A DNA stretch of 63,465 bases, the filler included, from Globobulimina sp. (lineage: Eukaryota), in NCBI GenBank assembly GCA_003354225.1. It is 33 parts of 33 records of this genome, joined end to end, with 100 filler letters (N's around TTAATTAATTAA, not from the genome) between each part and the next. Parts side by side here need not be neighbours in the genome. Positions count along the whole stretch, not along the records: positions 36,610 to 38,435 come from PIVH01011489.1; positions 38,536 to 40,361 come from PIVH01011490.1; positions 40,462 to 42,287 come from PIVH01011491.1; positions 42,388 to 44,213 come from PIVH01011492.1; positions 44,314 to 46,139 come from PIVH01011493.1; positions 46,240 to 48,065 come from PIVH01011494.1; positions 48,166 to 49,990 come from PIVH01011495.1; 26 more parts are not named here. One strand, written 5' to 3'. Shown piece after piece: positions 36,821 to 49,513 of the stretch (within the stretch, counting starts at the first letter, position 1; each line of letters begins with the position of its first letter). The notes beneath the pieces are model-generated. The model was not told the origin of the DNA. It saw only the letters and a list, made by a program, of their open reading frames with translations, and ran no database searches. The translations under genes and the position numbers were made by a program.

Positions 36821-37930
36821 ATGGCTTACGTACTAATCAGTATCCTGAATTATGCAGTACAACAACAACAAAAGAGAATGTTGCTACTAAAACAAAATGA
36901 AAACGAAGATTTATTAAACACGTGGAACGATTTATTATCTCAATACACCAAACAAGATTTAAGCACAGCTCGACAATTGGCATATTCTGCCGACATACCA
37001 AACGAAGTGCGCTCAAACGTATGGTTTATAATCAGCGGAGCACGAGATTTAATGTGTAAAAACTGCAATGTTTACGAGCGTCTCACTGAAAAACAAGCAA
37101 ATACCAAATGTACGCGACAAATTGAAAAGGATTATTGTCGTTCTTTAGGCTCTAAGAAAATGAATATGAAATATAAAGATAGGTTACGTCGAATATTAAT
37201 CGCGTACTGCAATTACAACCCATCTGTTCCATATACACAAGGCATGAATTTCATAGCTGCCTTTACTCTGAAACAGTACCTCGAAAATGCGCCAACTATC
37301 AGTTTCATACAAGACGAGGCGGACTCTGACGACGCCAAAATCGAAAACGAGATTATCAACGATTACTGGTTGAGTTGTATGGAGGAGGAAGCCTTTTGGA
37401 CCTTTGCTGCCATTATGGCTAAGATCAGTGGCTTGTTTTGCGACGATTTGGTTGGTTTCCATAAATGTGTGCAGTGCTTCAAGCAATTGGTCAATTTCCA
37501 CGGCTCTCGCGAGTTGGTGTGCCGTTTAAATGAGGAGGATATTTATGCTATGATATGTACAAAATGGTATCATACATTGTTTACACATCCGGGTATGAAT
37601 GAAAACATTGCCAAGCGAGTCTGGGATGTTTTTATTGTGGAAGGCATGGATTTTTCCGTGCTTTTGAAGATTTCGTATTTGATATTGATGCGCCATCAAG
37701 ACAGTATAATCAAGATGGATTTGATGGATATGGTCGATTTCTGTGAGTCGAAGCAGTGTTTTGTGTTTGGAGAGAATGACGACCATCAACTTATTTATAT
37801 GGCGTCCAAATTGCAATTGAATGAAATGTATTTGAAACCGATAAGGAATTTGCAGTATGATGGTAATTGTAAAGAGGAGGAAATTGGAGTTGGGACAACT
37901 GACAGTAAATTACATTGCAGGCTGCGATAA
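36821..37930 (+). CDS. TBC-domain Rab GTPase-activating protein
   Basis: IPNEVRSNVW, Arg finger IEKDYCRS, Gln finger YTQGMNF, EEEAFW and RVWDVF. Confidence 0.92.
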   Translation: MAYVLISILNYAVQQQQKRMLLLKQNENEDLLNTWNDLLSQYTKQDLSTARQLAYSADIPNEVRSNVWFIISGARDLMCKNCNVYERLTEKQANTKCTRQIEKDYCRSLGSKKMNMKYKDRLRRILIAYCNYNPSVPYTQGMNFIAAFTLKQYLENAPTISFIQDEADSDDAKIENEIINDYWLSCMEEEAFWTFAAIMAKISGLFCDDLVGFHKCVQCFKQLVNFHGSRELVCRLNEEDIYAMICTKWYHTLFTHPGMNENIAKRVWDVFIVEGMDFSVLLKISYLILMRHQDSIIKMDLMDMVDFCESKQCFVFGENDDHQLIYMASKLQLNEMYLKPIRNLQYDGNCKEEEIGVGTTDSKLHCRLR

Positions 37931-38779
37931 TATTTGCAAATTAAATTAAACAAAACGTACAAATACCAGTAGTACAAATGTATAGTTTTTTTGCATTGTG
38001 TCGATGTGATGTCTTGAGCTGTGCTCAATTGATTCATACAAATATTAAGTCAATAAATGTTAGTTACAATTTATTTTATGTTCGTTTTAATCACCTTTTT
38101 GTGTTGTTTTAAATATTGTGTGTGGTATTATTATCCATGCTTTTATTCTTTTTTTAATGTGACTCATGATTGACTATTAAACTCAAGTGCGTTTTTTACT
38201 ATCTCAGCATTTTTAATTATTGCATAATGTTTTTTTAATTTCAACAAAATTAATATCTCACACAGCATATAAAACAAATTTTTGCTAATTTAGATGAATT
38301 TAACATATAAACAAAGTGTAACAAGAAAAAGGAAAAAAGTACACAAAGAGGGACATGCAGTCTAGATCTCTCAACATCACACAGATATATAACATATAAT
38401 TTAAGTTTATTTGTCAACACAAAAATATACTATAANNNNNNNNNNNNNNNNNNNNNNNNNNNNNNNNNNNNNNNNNNNNTTAATTAATTAANNNNNNNNN
38501 NNNNNNNNNNNNNNNNNNNNNNNNNNNNNNNNNNNAAGAGGCTATTGTGTAATCAAAGTAACCATTACAGTACCCCGCACCCTCAGTGACTTGATCTTAA
38601 AAAACATTACTGTGTTGTGCTGTACATACTGTATGTTTTGATTTGATATATTCTGAACTGACAGTCTACTTATATGATACATTACTACTATGTATGTGAT
38701 ACATTTTTCAGTCACCGACCGGTTCTCTCAGATGGAGGAAATATTCCATATGGACTTGGTAGTCAACAACCAAAATTGT

Positions 38780-39760
38780 TCACAGTTTAATTGAGTATAA
38801 TTGTTTTCTAAATTCTTGGTCCAAATGAATTTTAGAATGAGATTGGAGAAAGGAAGCTGAATGAAAACTTCGAGAACATTTCGAACAACTAAACCATTTC
38901 CATTTGCCATCAGAATAATGTTTATGACGACATTCTAATTGATGATCTTTCAATTCTAATTGATGATCATGTCGTTTGTCACAGAACATGCAAATATATC
39001 TCTCTTGTCTAATGGCACCACCAGCACTACCTTCGTGTGTTTTCATATGACGTCTCAATTCATAAGGCTTGGGAAAATCAATACCACAAATATCACAAAC
39101 ATGAGAAATTTTGCCAATCTTTGGAACAACTGATGACGGGGGTAGAGTAGGACGGGTGGCAACTGCAATGGGGGGTTTCATTGATAACGTGAACGAACGT
39201 GAACGAATATGATCATTCCATCGATGACGTTCCAAATTATATTTGCTTTCAAAGAACAAGCCACACGCACAAAAAAATTGATTCGGAAAACCATTTAATT
39301 CTTGAATTAAACGTGCATTGGTAATAGTGACATCATTTGGTTTAACAATGGTAGAATCGTCATTGTCTGTAAAGCATGAATTAGGAATAACTTCAGCAGA
39401 AACAAGTTGTGGAGAAATAGCAGGAGTAGAGTCGACAATAATTTCATTTTTAACATCCAAATTGCCATTGACATTCACACAAAATGAATTGAGAAAATCA
39501 AATACATTAGAGGAAGAAGCACCATCTTTGCAAGAATCTGTCTCATTAGATAAATGTATACATTTATCGTCATTATTGTCCAACTTTCTTTTGTACTTTA
39601 GTTGTTTTCGCTTTTTACGTGAAAGCTTCTTGTGCACATTGAATGCAAATGCTTTGACGGCATTCATGGCTTTGGATTCGGATATAAATGGCAGATAGTG
39701 AGAGAAAGATGGTTCCTTATCAACAGAAATCTGTGACAAACGACTAGGAGTTATTTCCAC
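38780..39760 (-). CDS. C2H2 zinc finger protein (about 4 fingers), start uncertain
   Basis: CACGLFF...HRWNDH, CDICGIDF...HMKTH, CMFC...H and CSKCSRSF...HSKIH. Confidence 0.8.
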   Translation of the reverse strand: MEITPSRLSQISVDKEPSFSHYLPFISESKAMNAVKAFAFNVHKKLSRKKRKQLKYKRKLDNNDDKCIHLSNETDSCKDGASSSNVFDFLNSFCVNVNGNLDVKNEIIVDSTPAISPQLVSAEVIPNSCFTDNDDSTIVKPNDVTITNARLIQELNGFPNQFFCACGLFFESKYNLERHRWNDHIRSRSFTLSMKPPIAVATRPTLPPSSVVPKIGKISHVCDICGIDFPKPYELRRHMKTHEGSAGGAIRQERYICMFCDKRHDHQLELKDHQLECRHKHYSDGKWKWFSCSKCSRSFHSASFLQSHSKIHLDQEFRKQLYSIKL

Positions 39761-40461
39761 AAGAAAATTATGGTTTTAAGGGGCTCAGAGCAGAATCTGA
39801 AGGAACTTAATGGGAATATTGACCAGTTACAGGTCCTTGCCAATAATCAGGATGGCGATGAAATAATTCAAAAGCTTCAAATGATTGTTCCTGAATATTC
39901 GCCAGTGGTTCATTAATCTGTAAACATGTTTTTTAATTGTCTACCATTTGATGCATTCGTAAAAAGTAATAAGATGGCTAAGGAAAAGGGCCCATATGCA
40001 AGCTTTAGTGTCTGGCCAGGCACTAAACGCAGTAGATGGGACTTTTTACGACGCCATTACCATTTGAATTTTGTAACTTCCAGTTTTAAGTCATAAATGT
40101 TTGCCATTAATTCAAGTAGTTCACCCTCTGATGTGCAAAAGACATAAGTGAATCTTTTAAAGATTCTTTTTTTTGTTTCATCTGAAAGCTCGCCACCGGC
40201 AAGTACCGCCATTAAATCTGCCCCATAGATAATTTTTTTATAATCGTTTACAGTTTTTTCGCTTGTGTTTTCTCCCGTGTCGAAGGTATGCGCCTCGCAG
40301 GCATCGCCGATCATGGATGGCAGGTTCCATCTTTTACAAAGAATAACCCCTAATGAATGGCNNNNNNNNNNNNNNNNNNNNNNNNNNNNNNNNNNNNNNN
40401 NNNNNTTAATTAATTAANNNNNNNNNNNNNNNNNNNNNNNNNNNNNNNNNNNNNNNNNNNN

Positions 40462-41623
40462 CCATGGCAAGGTGATGGCGTATGGCCGCGGCACTTATTT
40501 TGCAGCGGATGCGGCGATGTCCATTGATTATTCAGCTGTGGACGACAATGATTACCAATGGATGTTTTTATGTGCAGTGATTTTGGGCGAATCGATTTGT
40601 GGCCGAAAGTCATACAATGTACCACCCACAAAAGTAAATTCCTGTGTTCATTATGAATCGATGGTGGACGATTTAAACAATCCCAAAATATTTGTCATTT
40701 CAAAAGATTACATGGCATATCCTTTGTTTTTAATTAAATTCAAACAGCAACAACACGCCCTTTGTGCACGCAGTATATTTGGCGCCCCATTGTCAATGAA
40801 TAATATTATTAACGGCAACAATAAAAAACAACACAATAAGACGAATAAATCATTGATCCCAATAAAAACGAAGTGTGCCACTGCCACCAATCACACAATG
40901 AAAAAAACAATGCCATTGCCAAATATATCCAATATATTAAATCAGATATCCAGAAAACCCGGAGGTGCGTTATCCGGCTTATTAAAGCCCACTGCTCCAA
41001 CTCCGCTCCCTCTCCCTCTCTTGCTACGAAATTTGATTTCTGCCAATAATGCTTTGGTATATCAACCAACATTGCCGCCGCCTCTGTATATCAGTAATAC
41101 ACCGTCTCCATCTCATACATTTTCAATAATGAATAATAACAAATCTCTGCATCATACTCCAGCAATGCCATCGGCAATAAATAATAATTTAAGTGTCCCA
41201 GCTTTGCAGTATACACTGACGATGCCAGCAACAATGAATACGAATTTGAGTGTTTCTGCAACACAAAATAAGCAATCGACTGTGAGTAATAATAAATCTT
41301 TGCATTATCCACCCACAATAAACAATAATTTGAGTGTTGCAACACAAAATAAACAATTTCCAATGGGATTGCCTGCATTTTCAGGATTGCCAACATCTGA
41401 TCCAATGGCGAATAATGTGAAGGTAACTCCGGTTCCGACTACATTGAGTTTGTCGCCAATTGTTGAACAATCACAAACAAATTCATTTGTGCAATATATG
41501 TCATCATTGTCGACATCAACGACGCCAAGAAGCTTAACGCCATATCCATCCTATTTACATTCTCAACCTATTGTTGGATCGCCAATGCCTCCAATGCCTC
41601 CATTGAATTTACTGCAATTATAA
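40462..41623 (+). CDS. PARP catalytic domain C-terminal part (mono-ART type) with a long P/S/N-rich tail, 5' partial
   Basis: YGRGTYFA..A..S..Y, MFLCAVILG, YESMVD..NNPKIFVI and AYPLFLIKF; Ile at the catalytic Glu position. Confidence 0.88.
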
Positions 41624-42010
41624 TTATGATATTAATTCTTACATTTTTTGTGTTTTTCTTTTTGAATTGTTTGTATTTTGTATAATTTTTACCAATCTTA
41701 TTTTATATCATATACATGTTTTCATTAATAGTGTGTTGTCTGCATAATTATAAATTTATAGCTGAATTAAAATATAGAATTCTTTACAATACATTATTTT
41801 GAAATTGTTGTTGACTAAGTCTTTGAGATCGGAGTTGCTGAATTTTAATGTAAGCAGGGAACACTAACAATAATTAATTGATTTCCTAGTATTTTGAAGA
41901 TCTGTGATCTTTTTTTTTAACTTTTTCAAACGTTAGCTCTTGACACTCATCTCGAACAACAAACAAAATTAAACAAACATAAATTATCTTTTTCAACTTC
42001 GTTATTTGCT

Positions 42011-42287
42011 TTACAATTTACCGTTTATTATTCGTGTTGCATTAGATCCAGGATACATTTCAAGTATTTCTTCGTCTTTAGCAAAATAATTTGAATTAAA
42101 TAATAATGGTTTCGTAATATTTGATGGCGGATTGGCATCATGAACATGTAAACATTGATTATATTCATTATATCCCCATAAATAATATTTGTTATCCGCT
42201 GTTTTTATAATATTATGATGTTCACCACATTTAATATCAATAATTGTTTCCTTTTTTAATGTTTCATTTGGTTGTGGTAAATATACA
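42011..42287 (-). CDS. RCC1-repeat protein, C-terminal fragment (not in ORF track)
   Basis: IIDIKCGEHHNIIKTADNKYYLWGYNEYNQC. Confidence 0.8.
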
Positions 42288-42387
42288 NNNNNNNNNNNNN
42301 NNNNNNNNNNNNNNNNNNNNNNNNNNNNNNNTTAATTAATTAANNNNNNNNNNNNNNNNNNNNNNNNNNNNNNNNNNNNNNNNNNNN

Positions 42388-44145
42388 TTTGGTTTTTGCA
42401 GTAAAATTAGGCGATCGCCATTGCAAAATAAGTGTTGGATTTATATGTTGAATGCGGCTTAAATCGTTTCTGTATGAAAACGATATATTTTCTTTAAATA
42501 ATTTCTGAAAATCTCTGTATGGATTGACAGCGTTATGTTGCTCTTTTCCATAATGTAATAAATCTTTATTGATATCCAATGGCTCATATTTCATATATTT
42601 GCAACCATTTTCGCGTGGAATAATAATTGGCGATGGACACAATTTCATTGTCGCATCGTTTAAATCTTCATTAATATGATTCAATGTGCAATTTAATAAT
42701 CCATTAAAATATTTACATCCTAAATGATGATATGTTGTACGAATTTTGTAATTCGTAATAGTATGTTCTTTATGTATAATAATTAAATCTTTAAATAACT
42801 TTGATGATATTGCTTCTTTTTTGTTTGATGAGGTCTTTCCTCGATCGATAATTGCTTGAAATAATGGAGGGAATAACATGGTAAACCCTGTTTTCTTTTT
42901 TTCAGGAAACACAGATGCATAAATCGGTGTGCCATATGCTTTTTGTTGGTGTACGCGACCAACCCATTCATCACAGATTGCGTACATATCATCATATTGC
43001 TGGAGGAATAATGCGCGGTCAAATTCATTTCCATTCATTGCATATCGGTCTTTGGCGGCGCGATTAATAAACGCTTGTGGTGCGTGACTTGATATTATCT
43101 TTCTGCTGTAATGCTGCGTGGCAGCATTGAGTTTTTCACTGGCTTGGGAAGCCGAATCATTTCCTGCATTTTGAGCTGACTCAAAAACTTTTTTTTGTGT
43201 GCAAAGGACATATAAGATGTCAGTCGCGATCTTTTCCTTTTTCTCATTGCCTGGTTGTCCTCCATCATGAAAATCATTTTCATATTCCCTAAATTCACAT
43301 ATTTTTATGAATTCATTCATATCCAATATCGATTTAATAATTGGCTGTAATAAATCAAATTGTTTCACAAATTCTTCGTTTCTATCGTCATTCCATTGAA
43401 ATGATTCGATAAAATCAACTTCGTATCTTTTAGCATGAAAACAATCACATTCATCCAATACAGATTCCTTTATATTTAATAAAAATAATAAATTCAATGA
43501 TAATTCTTTTAATGTAATAATATGCTCTGATAATTGCAAAATTATATCAATTTGTTGGTGATTGGTTCTCGTCAATGATGTATAAATTGATTGGTTCTCT
43601 TCATTGTTTACTAAATTGTATATCTTTAATCCCATTACAATCGAATTCTTGGCAAAATACATAATAATAAAAAAAATAATGCATACATTCCCTTTATGTT
43701 TGCTTTCCAAATATTTTAATGCCAATTTGGCGTATTTTAATAGAAATGATCCATTCCGAATAATTGTAAAATATAATAATAAATCCTTTTTAAATTGCTT
43801 TGGCCAATTGATAAATTGATCACCTTTCCAATACAATAAATGTTTGTCGCTTTTCCCATTATCTCGCATTTGAATATGTACCCAAATAGATTTTGCTTCG
43901 CCGTTATTCCCCTTATGCAATGACTTTGGCGCTACAACAACTCCATGAAATTGTTTGTTGCCAACACGATTATACGCTGTGACTGTGCCATTGTGATTAA
44001 TTGAAGATGTCCCTAGTAACACTTCACACACTGAAGACTGCAAAAACTGATAAATCTGGTCTTTGGGGGCTGACGATGTTTTATACCCAAAGCGTTTACG
44101 AATTGACGACTGTGTTTCTGACGGACCCGCCATACGTAGCAACAT
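42388..44145 (-). CDS. Large hypothetical protein, partial
   Basis: Stop-free frame of about 585 aa; no motif recognised. Confidence 0.65.
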
Positions 44146-44370
44146 TTTCGTTTCTCTACAATTGTTTGTTGTGTTGTGATCGTGCCGTTGAACACTGCAA
44201 TAATCACTAACCANNNNNNNNNNNNNNNNNNNNNNNNNNNNNNNNNNNNNNNNNNNNTTAATTAATTAANNNNNNNNNNNNNNNNNNNNNNNNNNNNNNN
44301 NNNNNNNNNNNNNTGTTAAAGTCTGTTTTTTTTGTATATTTTCTGTTTTTATGTTGTAAATTATGCACAG

Positions 44371-45513
44371 AGAGGATATGGTGCTTGGTTTCCCAAATCG
44401 ATGTCAGATAAATTGGGTAGATCTGGCATGCATTTTATAGGCAGCTTATTGGAGATGGATGTTACAAAAAGATTGACTGCAAAGGAAGCGTTACAACATC
44501 GCTGGTTGAATGATGAAATAGCACTCAACACCAAAGGCAAAATGGATTTGGATACATTAGAAATGTACCAATTTGCTAGTTTTGCAGTGTCGCATAAATT
44601 TAAATATGCCATCGCTTCCTTGTTCCGTGAGCAGTATAAACATCTGCGACCTCAACATTTTAAGAATTTAAATAACTTATTTCTCCAACTGGATAAGGAC
44701 AAAAATGGAAAGATATGCTATGCCGAATTCAAACAAGGCATAATGAGCAAATGTGATGATTTGAAATTAAATGCGGATAAAATAAGTGAGATATTTAATG
44801 AATTGGATATCAATAAAAAGGGCGAGATTGAATTCAGAAATTTATTGGATGCGGCAGTCCATGATTTTATCATTGCGTCCGATGCCAGACTGTATAAAGC
44901 ATTTCGCGATTTGGATGAGAAGAATGATGGGAAAATATCAACCAATCTGTTGAAACAAAAAATATGTGAATTGAACCCCTATGGTTCACAAAATATAGAT
45001 ATCATCTTACAAATTATAGACGATGTCGACTTAGATAATGATGGAAATATTGATTATGAAGAATTTCTAAAGGTTTTGCATCCCGATTTCAATGAGACTC
45101 CAAATTGGTTTTGGTTGGATGGTAGCAATGAGAATGACCCATTCATTGTACATTCGGCCTCGTTTGAAAGCTGTGATGAATGTAAAGGAATGAATGAAAA
45201 CGCGGTTGTCAAGCAAGGATATATGAGGAAAGAAGGGAAAATAATTAGATCGTGGAAGAAGAGATGGTTTGTATTGCTGAATAATGGGATAATGAGTTAT
45301 TATGAGAATAGGAATGATCAAGAAGCGATATCCAGGCTCAATGTGAAGTATTTAACGAGATTAATGTACAAATCGTGGAGTAAGACGGATAAAAAAAGAT
45401 ATGGTATCAAGATATATACACCATGGAGGAACTGGAGATTTGTCTGTGGAAATAATGAAGAAAGGTGCGAATGGATGAGAGCAATTCAAACTGTTTCTGG
45501 ATATAAATTATAA
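44371..45513 (+). CDS. Calcium-dependent protein kinase C-terminal exon: kinase end, junction, four EF-hands and a PH domain
   Basis: LLEMDVTKRLTAKEALQHRW; EF loops DKDKNGKICYAE, DINKKGEIEFRN, DEKNDGKISTNL and DLDNDGNIDYEE; PH motif KQGYMRKEGKIIRSWKKRWFVL...EWMRAI; splice acceptor TGCACAG at 44370. Confidence 0.9.
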   Translation, partial: RGYGAWFPKSMSDKLGRSGMHFIGSLLEMDVTKRLTAKEALQHRWLNDEIALNTKGKMDLDTLEMYQFASFAVSHKFKYAIASLFREQYKHLRPQHFKNLNNLFLQLDKDKNGKICYAEFKQGIMSKCDDLKLNADKISEIFNELDINKKGEIEFRNLLDAAVHDFIIASDARLYKAFRDLDEKNDGKISTNLLKQKICELNPYGSQNIDIILQIIDDVDLDNDGNIDYEEFLKVLHPDFNETPNWFWLDGSNENDPFIVHSASFESCDECKGMNENAVVKQGYMRKEGKIIRSWKKRWFVLLNNGIMSYYENRNDQEAISRLNVKYLTRLMYKSWSKTDKKRYGIKIYTPWRNWRFVCGNNEERCEWMRAIQTVSGYKL

Positions 45514-46239
45514 AATATCTCAAATGAGCGAATGTATCTAAATCATAGTTATTATATAACTATAGAAATAATAGAATGCAATGCTGTATGATCACTGATC
45601 ATAGATCTCATACATATTGTTTTTCGCCATTTAGTGTGCTGTTTTTTGTGTGTTTTAGGTCGGTCGTGTTTTGTATATTATGGTTTGTGATGTTTCGACC
45701 TAAACTTTTTATTGTATCCGAATCACCGTAATTATCCTCGCACATCACGCAGAAAAAAATCATTAGAGAAAGACTATCACGAATACACGCCACATATGGG
45801 CTTAATGAAAGATTGCGGCGCTTAATCTCAGGTTATCAAAAACGTCAGATCTAAATCATAAAATCCGAGAAAAAACACTATCAATGTGAGTAAAATGTTA
45901 ATAAAACACTATATCATATTTTATGTAATTAGCTGATCAATGATGTAATAGTATAGAATGGCGAGAATGATATTCATCAGGCAATTTTGAGAGATTCCCT
46001 CTTTTTCTAACATATACAGTTCGGCCGTAATTGCCATCTTGAAAATTATACACTAACATTGGATATTTCTGATAAAATGTATTGATGATTGCGTTTTTAA
46101 TAAATTTAGTATAACCATCCAATATTTCAATTGTATTCANNNNNNNNNNNNNNNNNNNNNNNNNNNNNNNNNNNNNNNNNNNNTTAATTAATTAANNNNN
46201 NNNNNNNNNNNNNNNNNNNNNNNNNNNNNNNNNNNNNNN

Positions 46240-48000
46240 TAAACGCCATAAACGACCATCGTATTGTTGATAAATACGTCAACCATTGCAATGCTTTTGG
46301 GAGTGATTCAACATGAATAAAAAAGCCAGAAAACAATATCATCAAAGCAACCAATGTTTGACCTTAAAATGTTTATATAAAAACACCTCAAACCCTTTTC
46401 ACATACAAAGCAGTATAGTTCACACCAATGACAGTCGCAGCTTCAACACTGGGCGCAACACAGCCGCACAAAAAGCCCAGTCCAATAGAACTAAAATTTT
46501 GCAGCACAGTAATCAACCAAAACCATAAAAACCTTCCAAACCGCGGGTTTAAGCCCACGATCCAATATAAAATCACTCCAAATACCACCGGGAATATAAT
46601 CTGTATCGGAATCGTCGATATAAAGGTTGTAATATAGTATATCCCCAATGAATATGACCTAGTTTGTCTCTCCCGCATTACAATGGATTTCTCCAAACAA
46701 AAGCCTTGCACCGTATTGATTATCGGCCCCATTGACTGCAAAATACACATAAAAAACAAAACGCCTTCTCGGTCATGAATGGACTCCTGGCTTTTACTGC
46801 CATTTGTTTTGCTATAAACACCGGAGATAAATATCGCAAATAGCATATTCATTACGATGCGAATAACAAAAGATCTTCGATCCCGTACCATTTGTCGGAA
46901 CGTACGTACTGACAAAGTCGATAACTGCTCAAACTTGGCCACTTTGATTGATTTGCCCGACCTACTTTCTTTATATTGGTTGGTTTCCGCAATCAACTGC
47001 TTACTATATTCATTAAACGTATATTTCCTCACAGACCTCGCTCTAAATTCTCTCGCATACTCTTGCACTAAAAATTCAATCCTTGCCTTTGATGTATTTT
47101 CTGCAGAATGAGAGCGCGTATCCACAGACACCAAATCTAAAAAGAAATCCGCTGGGTTGAAATATGCAGGACAAACATAACCTTTTTCAGCAAAATACGC
47201 CAATGTATCGTCACCCGAAGGTCCATGATATATTAAGCGACCATTTGCTAACAATATGATATCATCAAACAGTGTAAATATACTGCTGCGTGGCTGATGT
47301 ATGCTGGTTATGATAGTGCAACCATGCTCGCACAGCTTCTTTAAAGTTTCCACCACTTTCAAAGCTTGATAGCTGTCCAAACCACTTGTTGGCTCATCGA
47401 GGAATAATAACGACGGATTTCTGAGCATTTGGGTACCAATATTTGCACGCTTTCGCTCTCCACCGCTGACTCCACGAACTTGGGCATCGCCTATCTTTGT
47501 ATTGCGCGTATGTTTCAAATCTAATTCTTTCAATATACTTTCAACCAATTCTTGTTTTTCTTTGTCAGAGCTGGTGGCGTTGCTAAATTGAGCGGCGGTC
47601 ATTAATGTTTCATATACAGTTTGCTGATTAAATAATACATCATCTTGCTGGACAAATGCGGTCAGATTTGTGAATGTTTTGCCTAATTCATAGCGATTGA
47701 TACCATTTATAAGGATTGAGCCGCTTAACGTAGTCGCTCCTTTTGTAACTACTAAACGTTTGCTTATCACGTTTAATAGGGTTGTTTTGCCAGAGCCTTT
47801 TATATATGTAATATGCAATTATTATCATTATAATCCAGAAAACGTTTTTGTCAAAGTACAGTACAGTGATGCTTATGTTATTGACAATAATGTACAGTTA
47901 ACAATAATAGCCATTTTAATAGAATGTGGACAAATAACTGGAGCGTCACTGTACAGACTGTACAGTACCTGATGGACCCATGATTGCCACCAATTTTCTG
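46240..48000 (-). CDS. ABCG (White-family) half transporter, partial, introns 47968-47797 and about 46425-46364
   Basis: Spliced Walker A AIMGPSGSGKTT, VQQDD, signature VSGGERKR, Walker B LFLDEPTSGLDS, SIHQP, NPADF and an ABC2 membrane domain. Confidence 0.95.
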
Positions 48001-48171
48001 TTCCGTCGTCTGACAGACTGTCAATAATTCCCCTAATTTACGGGCCAATTTTTTTATTGGCTTTCNNNNNNNNNNNNNNNNNNNNNNNNNNNNNNNNNNN
48101 NNNNNNNNNTTAATTAATTAANNNNNNNNNNNNNNNNNNNNNNNNNNNNNNNNNNNNNNNNNNNNGTCAAA

Positions 48172-49482
48172 TTATATCAAATGCAACCAATAAAGTACTT
48201 TTACTAAGCTGGTTAACAAAAACATCATAATCATTGGCATTGATTGTCCAACTCTTTGAACCACACGTGTGACACAGGAGACTTGTATACCTGATGCTTC
48301 AAACACGCCAATATCTTCTGATGGTGGCAAATAATATCCACAAAAACCTTCAAATATATATTCCAATAGTCCCATATCATGTACAGTTGAATAATCTTCT
48401 AAATCTCTGTCTGGTTTATACCCATACAATCCTTGAACAGCCATAATATATGGCATCAAGATCTCTTCAAAATAAACGAATCTTCCTTGATCAGTCACAG
48501 ACGCTAGTATACCAGTTATTCGTGCATTCACATCCATTATGAATATGTTATTTGTATTGATTACCATAAATTCAACACCCATAATACCACTTATATTCTG
48601 CTGCTTCACAAACTCAACCATGTAACTGTGAATTTGTTTTGCAACACAGTCACTCTCCTTGTAAACAATTTTGTAGGACGGATTACCTAGATATGGAATC
48701 TTTGGCTTGCGATCGTATTGAACTTGCAAGAAGTTAATCATTTTGCATTTCTCAGCAACAAAATCAAATCCATAAATGACGAAATCAAATACATCAATTT
48801 TCATTTGTGCAATGTATTTTTTCGATATTCCAGTGATTGAAGCGTTTGATTGTTCAGTTCATTTAAAAACTTTTGTCCAATACCACCTCCTCCATGATGT
48901 GGTTTTAAAATAAATTCTTTGAAATTCGGATACTGTTTTCTGCAGAGATTTGTAAATTCTTTGAATTCTTGATCAGAATATGGTATGTTCAAATCAAGTG
49001 ATGGTAAAGAACCAATATAATTCTTGGACGATTCTATCACGCCAAAACATGAGGTGTCAATGAGACGTGTTTTGTCTCCAATCCATGAATTAAAATCTTT
49101 CTTGTGACTGTTGTGAGTAACAAGAACCTTTTGTTGAGGAAGGTATTGTTGTGCAAAATCCCAACTCTTCTTGTGAAAGCATGGAAGATAACAGCTAGAG
49201 AACGTTGGTATCATTTGTATTTGTTTGCGTTTGAAGTTGTTTAACGGTTTGCAATTTTAATGAAATTCCTGTTCCTTTTTGTTTCAGCAAACGTTTAATA
49301 ACTGAAAAAGACAAACCGTCAAAGATTGTGGCTGCTTTACTACCTTCATTACTTGAAACATAGACAATCTCAGACATTGTTTGTATAATTTTACTAAGCT
49401 GGTTAACAAAAACATCATAATCATTGGCATTGATTGTCCAACTCTTTGAACCACACGTGTGACACAGGAGACTTGTATACAT
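48172..49482 (-). pseudogene. ATP-grasp-fold ligase-like gene split into three frames
   Basis: FILKPHHGGGGIGQKFL, YIAQMKI (read after a -1 shift) and GIMGVEFMV...FIMDVNARITG are ATP-grasp-like motifs spread over overlapping ORFs. Confidence 0.55.
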
Positions 49483-49513
49483 GATGCTTCAAACACGCCA
49501 ATATCTTCTGATG
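48199..49513. repeat. Near-identical 125-nt direct repeat (48199-48323 and 49389-49513), 1190 nt apart
   Basis: Identical by eye except for one substitution (ACCTGATG vs ACATGATG). Confidence 0.92.

Noticed and set aside
39780-40361. Upstream coding exons for the C2H2 gene
   Set aside because: There are stops in all frames and no convincing splice path or recognisable motif.
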